Source: Octopus vulgaris (Eukaryota). From it: a stretch of DNA of 64,000 nucleotides. Shown piece by piece: positions 52,235 through 64,000 of this stretch. Every line of letters starts with the position of its first letter. Position 1 is the first letter of the stretch. The stretch spans positions 25,482,001 to 25,546,000 of the forward strand of contig OX597814.1 in assembly GCA_951406725.2 (NCBI GenBank), written 5' to 3'. The position numbers and the translations under genes were made by a program. The notes under the pieces were generated by a model. The model was not told where the DNA came from. It ran no database searches and saw nothing but the letters and a program-made list of their open reading frames with translations.

Positions 52235-54547
52235 TTGTATATTGATACCATAGATAAAAATCAATATTCACTCTCTATATGCTTATGTGGATATGTAAGT
52301 TTCCAAAGCTGTTATTTGTAAGAGAGAAGACTGAGTAAATTGTAAACATTGGTGAGATATTTTGCTAGAAAAATGCTGCAAAATGATCTAGATTTCAATT
52401 TTAAAAACCGTTGAATCAAATTTTAACTGCCATTGAATTCTTGATGCTCAAGCAATTGTTTTTGTTTTTTATATATTCATTCTGATCAGTTTTGTTTCCA
52501 TCATCTCCATCTTCATCATCACCATCATTGTTGTCATCATCGTAATCATCAGCATCATTTACATCATTACTGTTCTCCTGTTGCATAACGTCTATGAAGA
52601 CACCTATCAAGAATTAAATGATTACACTTGAACAGATGAAACGGGAGGGGATGAGTTAATTTTTCAGAATTTTATTTTGCTTGAGTGAAAAATGGAAATT
52701 TTTATTCGTTCCTTTCTTAGGGTTTTATAAATCTAAAAATTCTTTAAACTGGATCTTATAACTTTTATGGTTCTTATAAACATGTAGAATTTGCTTGATG
52801 CTCTTTATGAATCTAATGTTATATTTTCCTCTAATTTAGACACAATTTTATCCCCATATATATTTTTCCTCAACCTCATCTTCCTTATCCTCCTCATCCT
52901 TCTTATCCTCCTCATCCTCCTTATTCTCATTATTATCATTCATAGTAGCAGTCATTTCTTCTTGTTGATATGTCAAACGAATCTTCTGCATAATTATATG
53001 CTTGATGTAGTAACCCAAAGAATAATAAAATGAAAAATTTTCTAAGTTTTGGTACAAGGTTAGCAATTTTGAGGAGATGGGTAAATCAATTACATCAGCC
53101 CCAGTATGGAACTAGCACTTATTTTATCAACCTCAAAAAGATGAAAGGCAGAGTCAGCCAAAAATAGTGCTGCATTACACTCGTAATGAAAAGAAAATAT
53201 CATTTGTGTTAATGGCAGTTCTTATACAGAAGGTCAGGGGAGATAAGCATAAATTCTAAACTCATTAGAAATTAACTGACAATATGTATTGGGAAATCAT
53301 TTGTAGTTATGGTGACTTACTCAACTGTGAAGCTAAGTATCCTGTATTATGAACCCAATACTCTTCGTTAGATGGAATGTTTTTTTCCTGACATGTATAT
53401 CCCAATAATTTCCCAACTTATTTGGTAATTTTAATTTGGAGAGAAGAATTTGAACATTGTTATAACATTTTTTAGAGTTATCATAGAATTTAATAAAGAT
53501 ATTTCATTTACTGAACACAGTAAAGTATTAGTGCAAGTGAACTTACATTAAATTTGTCCCAAGCATTTTCTAGATAGCACACCATGCTGGTGCAGCTGTC
53601 AGAATTGATACTTGCTTATAGCATATAATAGAGCCTAGGGCCTAGATACTGATTTTGTCTACTTCAATATTCTTATTCTTTGGGTAAAGAATGTAAGTAC
53701 TTAATTGACACATTGATTTGGTAATGAAAGCAATGATATCATATCAGACTTATTGTATTTTTGAGTTAGTAGTTAGATGGCTTATAGCCTAAAGTTTCAA
53801 CGATATCAGGATAAAAGTTTGGCAATATACTTATGCTAGTTCTAGAAGAAGACTTCTTTAAAAACAGCCTGTGCTCCCTCCTTAACTGAGTTGTAAATAA
53901 GAAGTTTTGACGTGATAAAACTCGTTTCTCCATTACAATTTGAATATGAAACACCCTGTTTGGGGTAAATTGTGGCCTTTTTTTAAACCGAAGGTAAAAT
54001 AAATGATATGCATCAAGATATAAGAAATTATTTTAAAATACTATGAATAATTAATGAAGTTTGTAGAGGTATTTGCAAAAAGTTTTTCCATTATCATGTT
54101 ATGGTAAGAATTAAGATAATCATGATAATCAATAAATGAGAATATATATGTTTATGGACAAAGTTAACCATAACTTTAGTTTGTCAGACTACATAAACTT
54201 TCTAAGAAAGAACTTATATATTAAAATAAAAGTTAAGGGTGGAGACTGAATTACTTACAAGAGCTATTCATGTCATATACAGAAAACTAAGATTTTACTA
54301 ATTATCACCTGCAATGGACTGGCATCCCATCTACAGGGAAATATATACACCACAGAAACTGGGAAACCAGCCCTATGAGTTTATATAACTTGAGAGGGAG
54401 GTTTAGTCTTTCTCCTATAACCTATTACAGTGAAAAGCTTAAGGAACAACTGAGTTTCTACCAAAGTCCCAAACTCGGCTCTCTTTTATGCTCACAGACT
54501 ACTAGGTATCTGTAGACACTGTTGTACACCATGAATTTGAATTGCAA

Positions 54548-55195
<648 letters not shown>

Positions 55196-58100
55196 TAATA
55201 ATAATAATAATAATAATGGAACCATAGCAGCTACAGTGCTGCATAAAAATATCTCTGGAGGTAAAAATAATAAAGAATAATGTATTTGTTGCTAGCAGGA
55301 ACTTTTAGTATCATGGAGATTATTTTACTGAGTGTACAGGAAGGAAGAAGGCAGGATTTCAAGATTGTGTTGTCAATAAAATCAATCAGTGCGCAAATGT
55401 TTTGTTATATTGCCAGTAAGCAGACAGAGAATGGGAAATTATGAGGTACTAGATATATTGGCATGAATATATGCATAAGAAACCTAGGCTTACAAAACAA
55501 AAACAATGTCCTGCCCTGATGGCTCATGAGATGTTTAGATAAATTTCGTTATTTTGTTGATATTCTTTCTTGTTGAGAAGGAACAGGTGGGATGACTCAG
55601 AGAGTTATTCTATTAGCAACAAAAGAAGGATCTTTATACAAAATGCAGATTGTATGAAAGGTGTCTTATGGAGATTTATAGAGATGAATCATTTTGTAAA
55701 AAGCAAGGGAACTTGCAGAAACTAGAAAGGACCAAATAAATAAAGACTTATTAAACATGCATTAAGAGACAAACTGAGTAATAGTGAGTTAAGAAAGATA
55801 TCCAGCAATTAAAGTAAGAATTTGAAGATGAGAGGGTGTGGTTTGAAGAAGAGTTGGCTGCTAATTCTAGTACATAGAGCTACTATATCAAAATTATGTG
55901 TAGCAGAGAAGAATGGCTGTGTTAGAAGTAAATGAAAGAAGAGTTTAAAATGAAGACCTGTAAAGCGTGAGCCTGACAGAATGATTATAAGCATATAAAA
56001 TGTTAGTTTTGTATATGCTTTCAGATAACCATCAACATTTTTGCTGATTATTCGTTTATTCTTTAACTTGTTTCATAACACCTCTTTTATCTGCTGTCAC
56101 TCCCAATGCCGCCACATATATAACATAACCTCTCCTATATCTCTCACAACCAATTGCTACAGCTACTACTATCCCATCTCTCACCATCTCTCCTCACATT
56201 CATATAAAACTTTCCCGGCTGTCCCTCTCTGCCCACTCATCCAGTGGATTTCCACTCATCCAGTGTAATCCTTTGTATCACTTCACTTATATTCACTGCA
56301 CCTTGAGGGGATATCCTGATACATATCTATCACCATCTCTATCTTTTTCTCTAAGTATTTTTTTCCTTCTTTTTTTACCAACTGGTATAACTTTGTATCT
56401 ATTTTACAGAAAGACCTATTTCTTTCCCTCAATTATTCTTTTAACCTCTTAGCAACTGGCACAAAGCTATCTCACTCAATACTACTCCCTTCAGTCGAAG
56501 GTATGTTGTCTTGCAAGGTACTTGGTGACCCTACCAGTGCTGGTGCCACGAAAAATCACCCAGTACACTCTGTAAAGTAGTTGGTGTTAGGAAGGGCATC
56601 CAGCCATAAAAAACATGCCAAAACAGACAATAGAGCTAGGTACAGTTCTCTGGCTTGCCAGTTCTTGTCAAACCAACCAACCTATGCTAGCATGGAAAAC
56701 AGACGTTAAATGATGAGGAGGAGGGGGGGAGGGAAGGAAGATATATCTACATGTGCTCTATGAGAGATACAAAAACTGAAATCAGTTATACAAAATAAAA
56801 TAAAATGTATCAGGCTATATGAAAAACAGAAGCAGTTATAGGAAAAATGTAATGAAAATGACATAGGTTCACATACGTAGGTTTATAATAACACAATTTC
56901 TTTTAGATATTGGTGTTATAATAGCATTGAAAAAAAAACAACTCTATATATAAAGAAGATTTTTACTTTTCTTTTCGTTCATTAACTTTTTGGTTAATAT
57001 CAGGTCAAATATTTTTCTGATTAAGTAATAGAATAGTAAGGAGTTATACAATACAGCTAGCTCTATTTGTATTCACTTTTGCTTTATTATTCTTACAAAA
57101 GTATATATTATTATGTAGCATAGTCTTTTGTCCTATATTTATGACCTGTTCACTTATATTCCATTTTCCTGCATCTGAGATATACAGAAATAGAGTATCA
57201 ATGACTAGATTGTAAATGTACGACAAACTACATTCATACTTAAAAATATGTACTATTGGAAAAAAATAACGATTCATAACATTGACAAAAGGCCAGAAAC
57301 TTTGTGGCAGGAAGTATAGTCAAATGAATTGATTCCTGTGAATGCTCAATGCTTATTTTATCAACCACAGAAAATCAAAGTCACCTTTAGCAGGATTTGA
57401 ACTTAAAACATAGAGAAAAGTGTTGTATTTATTTCTGTATAATACAATGAATTTAATACAAAACACTAAGATTAAAATTTAGCAGTAACATCATATTTGG
57501 GTGTAAAAATTAGTGCCCCAGCATGGCTACAGCTCATGAGCTGAAACTAGAATCAATCAATCAATCATGGTAGCAAATTTAGATTATTCTGGAAAATGCA
57601 TTTTTCTTGAATAAGTAGAGTAACAGAATGTCATAAGTATTTTGTCAAAAGTTCTACAATTTCTTCCATGTAATTTTTCATAATGTATAAGAAAGAACTA
57701 AAATGAAAGAGCAAGTTTTGCAAAAATATATGTGATTCTAAATAACTAATGTGACTCTACTATATTGTAAATTGTAAAACATATCTATTCTTAGTCAGAA
57801 ATTAAGCTCTGAAGAATATTTCCTTTAAATGTATAGCTTTCAAATAAATTAAAGTAAGTGAAATTTAGTAGCTTGTTCAAGTGCATAATGTAATGCCTGC
57901 AGTGAAAATATATATAAATGGTAATTACCTCCCCATGTAAAATTATTAGGATTTTATATTTCATTATCATATATCATTGGGTGGTGATGATAAAGTTGCA
58001 GATGCAAGAAAAGCATGATATACTGATATTTACTCTTCTAGATTTAAACTGAAAATAACTTAACTTTGTTTTATCTCTCAAGAATTTGATAAAAGCACCA

Positions 58101-58222
58101 GTAGTATCTATTCATCTATGATATTGACTTTTGACTATCAACTTATCAAGTGAAATTCTACTTAGTCAAAGAAATCAGTGTAAACATAAACAATAATGAT
58201 GGTCCATTTTCAATTAAAAATA

Positions 58223-58580
58223 ATGGCTGTGTGGTAAGAAGCTTGCTTCCTAACCACAAGGTTCTGAGTTCAATCTCACTGTATGGTACATTGAGCAAGT
58301 GTCTTCTACTATTGTCCCTAGCTGACCAAACCCTTGTGAGTAGATTTGGTAGATGGACACTGAAAGAAGCCCTTTCTGTATAAACGTGTGAGTGTGTATT
58401 TGTGTCTTGGTGTCAGTGCTTGTCCCCTACCACCACTTGACAACTGGAGTTGGTTTGTTTACATCCCCATTACTTAGCAGTTTAGCAAAAGAGGTCAATA
58501 GAATAAATACCAGGCTTAAATAAGAAAAAAACTACTGGAGGTCCCAGTATGACCACAATCAAGTAAAAGATAAAAGATAA
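58223..58580 (+). mobile_element. tRNA-derived SINE, family A (older)
   Basis: TGGCTGTGTGGTAAGAAG head, CCTTGTGAGTAGATTTGGTAG body, AAAAGAT tail. Confidence 0.8.
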
Positions 58581-59689
58581 AGTTTAGTTACAGGATGAAG
58601 AGCAGCATCCATAATCTCTTTCGAGGCCTTCAACACTGACTTGAAGAGGTTAACCTTGAAATGGTAACTTAACTGAAGTGCTAGCAAAAATATGAACTTT
58701 GCAAACAGCACTCAAGGGTCAGATAGTTAATACAGGCAGCAGATTAAGTCTACCATCCAAAACTAATAACGATTCCAAGCTGAAATTCACTTAAGATACA
58801 ACTGCTTTTGAGAGAGGCTTGAACATCAGAACTTATATTTTTCAACCTCATAAATCTGAAATTGTATATTTATATAACAAATCATTAATACTGAACAATA
58901 TCTGTATTTTCATTATATCTTGTTTTGAATGTTTTCCAAAATATAGAGACAACATTTCACTGTTTACTTATTTTATATTTATCTTGGCTTTTGAAATGTA
59001 TTCTCCCTTCAAGTGTTTGACCTGGCCTAACAGACAAAACACACATTCTTTCTGCAAAATCCATGAATTGTATCGATGAGAATCTCCAAACAACAGATAA
59101 GTTCTCTGTCTCAAGGGAGATAATGTTACATAAATAGAAATGTTTAGAATATTAAGATACATAAAGCAACTGGTTGAGTAATTAGAAGTCAATATATGGA
59201 TGTATGTGGGAATATATGCGCAAATATTATGGATATATGTACAATTTATTTTTATATTTTGTGTGTATTGTTATATTGGATATGGAAAAGAATTGACTCA
59301 TATCTCATTGAATGGTGAGAGGAATGTTTGAGATGTATTCTAGAGTTTGAAAGTTTGGAAAGAATGTCTGAAACTAAAGGAATTTCTGTAATGAGGCAGT
59401 ACTCAGAACTGGAGAATTACAATCAATGTTTGGTGTGGGGTTTAAGAAAGAAACCTTGTAGAAATGAAAATACTTTTGGGCGGGTGGAGCAGTGACATGT
59501 CTGTTTGTATTAAGCCACTGACTGAATACTTTGATAAATCTCTAAAGTCCAACACCTTTGTTAGTTCCAGTCTAGTCTAGGGCCACATGATACACGGTCA
59601 AGCAGTGGCTGATTATACCAAGCACAGTGTGGTAGTCAGCATGTGTTCAGTACATTTTGTTGTCCAAACAGTTAATATTTGTTTGAAGG

Positions 59690-59910
59690 ATAAGACAGCA
59701 AGCTGGCAGAATTGTTAGTATGCTGGACAAAAGGCTTAGCAGCATTTCGTCCACCTTTATATTCTGAGCTCAAATTTCACCAAGGTCACTTTTGCTTTTA
59801 ATCCTTATGGAATTGATAACATAAGTACCAGTCAAGCACTGAGGTCGATGTAATCCACTTACCCACCTCACAAGAAATTATTGGCCTTGTGCCAAAATTT
59901 GACACCAATA
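59690..59910 (+). mobile_element. SINE family B (older)
   Basis: AGCTGGCAGAATTGTTAG...TCTGAGCTCAAATTTC...ATAAGTACCAG...GGTCGATGTAATC. AATATTTGTTTGAAG occurs on both sides as a probable TSD. Confidence 0.8.
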
Positions 59911-61049
59911 TTTGTTTGAAGATTCTAATGATAGCTATATAGAAGTTAAAAGTGATAGTAGACTCAATGAGTTTATGACAGAAAAATTAATGAAGCTTGA
60001 GCTCAAGAATTGGTCAAGATCTGAGCGTAGATTACGAATGGAATAAGTTAAATGGAGAAAGGGATTTCTTTGACTACAAATTAGGCAGCCAATAATTACT
60101 TTTATCAACACAAATATAATGACAGTACTTCACTGTATGACAGCATACAAGGACTTTTTAAAAGTTAGCTGCTCAGAGATAATCTCCTTATGTCTTCTTT
60201 ACCTAGATAGTGAAATGTCTCATTCTCCTAGCTTCCCCCATCATTCTTCTATCTATGGCACTACATAGTGGTTGAAATCACTTTGGAGCAGAATCAATGT
60301 ATATTACACTTCCCACAACTTTCTTTGACTAGTTATTTCCTCCTCCACTGGAACCTTCCATCATTTTTCTCAGTCTCTCTATACTTTCACTGAACTCCTT
60401 TCTGTACCTCCGAACAGCTCTCATTTCTATCATACATCTTATCACCTCACATAACTGCTACCGTACTCAAAACCCTCTGATACCCACCATCATGCCTCAT
60501 TCACTATACACGTCCTTATGCGCCACCACATCTGCCTCTCTCACACTTCTACACTTTGTACATCATCCTGTTATATTATGATCTATCCCCTTTCCTGGGC
60601 CATCACTATCTCTCTCACTTTACCCCCTCATCACTCTGCTATTTTCCACCAACTGCTCCTTCACTCTTGCACATTATTCAATACATCCACCTTTGCCCTT
60701 TCCTCTAACCATGTATCACTCTGGCCTTATATTTGTATGAAACTACCCACTTCCCCTCCCACCTGCCTCCTGCTCCTATTTTCTCTTATACTCAGTTGTT
60801 ACCAAGAGAGTTTGCTCAAGCATATCATCGCTACCATCTTTCTTTTTCATCTTCTTCATTTGCTTCCCAGTTACTATGACTTACCTTTATAAAATGCTAG
60901 TTGGCCATGTATCTTTAGCAAGATACTTGTGCTTGTCCCTCTATTATACTTTAGTTTTTTTCAGCACCTGGCATAACGCCAACTTTCCTTTCCTAACATA
61001 TCTTTACTATCATTTAGTCATGAGGGATTTCTCTCTTTCATGCTCTCTT

Positions 61050-61280
61050 CTTATTTCTTTACTACCCACAAGGGACTAAACATAGAGGGGACAAACAAGG
61101 ACAGACAAAGGGATTAAGTCGATTACATCGACCTCAGTGTGTAACTGGTACTTAATTTATCGAAGCCGATGATGAAAGGCAAACTCGACCTCGGCAGAAT
61201 TTGAACTCAAAACATAACGGCAGACAAAATACCACTAAGCATTTCGCCCGGCGTGCTAACGTTTCTGCCAGCCCACCACC
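61050..61280 (-). mobile_element. SINE family B
   Basis: Homologous to 36508-36742 and 43200-43432. Confidence 0.87.
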
Positions 61281-62547
61281 TTAGTGTTCTCTTCATGTTC
61301 TCTTGTCTTGCAACCTACTTGGCAACCTCACTAGTACTGGTGCCACAAAAAGCTTCCAGTACACACTGTAAGGTGGTTAGCATTAGAACACACTTCCAGC
61401 CATTTCAAAGATGCCAAAGCCAAAACTGGAGCTCATCACAGACTTGTAGCTTGCTGGATCCTATCTAACCAACTAACTCATGCCAGCATGGAAAAAGACA
61501 TTAAATAATGATGATGTTGATGATGATGATGACAGCAACCATAAATATGATGGCACAACCATGGCTATGATGGCAATGGCAGCAAGTTAAGCAGCAGCAG
61601 TAGCAACAGTGATGGTGATGATGATGATGGTGACAACAAAATGATGATGTTGACAATGATAATGATGATGACGATAATGATGGTCGTCGTGGTGGTGGTG
61701 GTGGTGGTGGGGAGGAGGAGGAGGAGGAGGAGGATTTTACTCAAGACATGTTAATGTATTTAATGTATGGAGCATTATAAAGTTATCTAGAAAAAAAGTT
61801 TTGAGTCAGGACAGAATAATATGATTCAATGTCTAATATTGTTTCCATTTTCTCAAAGAATATAGAAGACAAACACTGGCATTTTTTTCTTTTTCTTTTT
61901 GGTCTTTATGCAGGTTAGTAAGGATAAAATAAAAGTCACTATTTGATAGGAGGTCAAGAGAGGTCACTGATATTTGAGAAGGAAATGTGTCAATAAGAGA
62001 ATTTACAGGTCAGTTCTTAATTAAAAAATGGAAATTTTTTTGCAATTTGATATTATTAGATATTTCTTGATTCCTAAGAAAACAACCATTGTGATTATGC
62101 AGCTGTAATAGCCTGGCAATGAATGTATCTCCATTCTGATTGAAGGATTATAATCTTATAATAAAAATTAAAAATATGGTAATATTGAAATATTTATTTC
62201 TGTTTTACAGGCGCTAAACTCTACAGTATTCAAAGAATGAGAAATAGGTTGTAATATTCATACTTTATAGAATAGTACTTGTAGTGAACTTCCAACTTTC
62301 TTTATCATCTATGCCATATGATATTGAAATGTCAAGGTGATTTGCAACCATGAGACATAAAATAACGACTACATGAAGCATAGAAATAATAAAACTACAC
62401 TGAAACAACAACATAATAGAGACAAAATAAACTGTATATTCACATTAATACATAGCAGTTAGTATTTAATCGTACACTTCTACCATTACAATACATTTCA
62501 TATTGCTGAATTACTTTAAATAAAACACCACAAAAACTAAAGGAAAA

Positions 62548-62593
<46 letters not shown>

Positions 62594-62610
62594 TATATAC
62601 ATATATATAT

Positions 62611-62671
<61 letters not shown>

Positions 62672-62675
<4 letters not shown>

Positions 62676-63190
62676 GGATACAATGTGTAAATTGTCTCCA
62701 TTTTTCATTTTTAATTTCATGTATGTGCATTGTTTGTTTTTGATTTTGTCGACTACATAGTATAGTAGGGTCAGTTGGGCACTGGCTGTGAGACAAACAG
62801 TACCATGGCACAATTCACTCTGCCAGAAATTTGGAAACAACATGCCGTACTGCTTGGCATTCATGCCAGAAGCTCCAATACGAACAGTTCAGAGTGTTTG
62901 CATGCCAATCTGAGTACAGTGCAATCTAAGGACATGTACTGAGAGAGAGATAAAAATTAAACATCCAGTCAATATCATGATGTTTGGAGGGATCACTGGT
63001 GATGGCAATGTTATGCCTCCATTCATTTTCCCACATGGCCTCAAACTCAACATGGAGGCCAGCATCAAGTGCCTGGAGGAGGTAGTGCTACCCTAGGTTA
63101 AGAGAGTGGCTGCTTGCAGACCCAATGTCTGGCCAGACTGCAACCCCCTTGATTATTATGTGTGGGGCACAGTTGAGTGAGAGACCAATT
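62672..63190 (+). mobile_element. Internally deleted Tc1/mariner-superfamily (maT-like) transposon remnant
   Basis: KHPVNIMMFGGITGDGNVMPPFIFPHGLKLN...CLEEVVLP* and PDCNPLDYYVWGTVE* (SPDLNPLDY motif). The N-terminal piece [18 protein letters not shown] starts at 62805. Confidence 0.82.
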
Positions 63191-63214
63191 ATGTGACACC
63201 AACAACCACCATGA

Positions 63215-64000
63215 CTATGATTTCGCTTGGCTTGATGAATCTTCTCAAACACAGCACATTACCAAAGGTCTCAGTCATTTTTCATAGCCTCTGTGTGCCA
63301 ACTATTTGAAAATCATGCTTCACCACCTCATCCCATAGCTTCCTGGGTCTACCTCTTCCACAAGTTCCCTCCACAATTAGACATTGGAACTTCTTTATAC
63401 AGCTGTCTTCATCCATACACATCACATGGCCATACCAGCGCAGTTGTCTCCCTTGCACACCACATCTGATGCCTCTTATACCCAGCTTTTCTCTCAAAGT
63501 GCTTACACTCTGTCAAACATGCACATTGACATTGCACATATATAGAAGCATACCAACTTCATTCCTTTGAAATCTACTCATGTACTCAGTGATCACAACC
63601 CATGTTTTACTACTGCATAGCATGGCTGTTTGCACACAGGCATCATACAATTGGCCTTTCACTCTGTGGGAGAGGCCCTTAGTTACCAACAGAAGTAGGA
63701 GCTCTCTGGACTTTGTCCAGCCTATTCTTATTCTAGCAGCAATGCTCTCAGAGCATCCTCCTCCGCTGCTGACTTGGTCACTTAGATAACAAATGCTATC
63801 AACATATACATCTAGGTATCCCCACTGGCATTTGATGAAGTCTATTTTCTGTACATTTGCAGTGTTTATTGTACCTGTGCACCTGCCACACAGATTATTT
63901 TCTCTGTTAATCTTCCTCTGATTTGCTGCACCTCTTGTGTGTCCTTGGCTTGCACCAGGTACATCTTATGGAGTTTCAACTTACATTTTTCTACCTATGA
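63215..64000 (-). mobile_element. RTE-clade LINE, C-terminal region, runs off the window
   Basis: REKLGIRGIRCGVQGRQLRWYGHVMCMDEDSCIKK...VEGTCGRGRPRKLWDEVVKHD (RLRWxGHV and GxRxRGRP signatures). Confidence 0.88.

Noticed and set aside
52416-52610. Acidic minus-strand ORF with an acceptor-like start
   Set aside because: Explained by decayed GAT repeats; no homology recognised.
53766-53960. Possible minus-strand terminal exon (two open frames)
   Set aside because: Weak polypyrimidine tract, no recognisable protein and no partner exon.

Overview
AT-rich, repeat-saturated animal DNA with no intact protein-coding gene that I can recognise, so it is probably intergenic or intronic. The SINE repertoire and the density of (TA)n/(CA)n/(GAT)n/(TAA)n tracts resemble octopus genomes; this is inference, not checked. 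Nearly all supplied ORFs are microsatellite artefacts. Identifiable content: three tRNA-derived SINE families, RTE LINE fragments and 3' tails, a Dong/R4-type retrotransposon inside a (TAA)n tract, three decayed Penelope-like elements (PLEs), non-autonomous Helitrons, a hAT MITE and a Tc1/mariner remnant. The most interesting signal is a set of minimal type I hammerhead ribozyme (HHR) motifs from about five unrelated sequence families. One is canonical and lies at the 3' end of a PLE (28921-28976). Several sit in short fold-back elements beside (TA)n tracts, two of them with the full motif on both strands. One has the core C3-G8 pair swapped to G3-C8 (40506-40556), and one appears inactivated by CpG decay (20006-20040). 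There is also a recent inverted-plus-direct templated duplication (9033-9589). Boundaries of decayed elements are approximate, and all folds were derived by eye.
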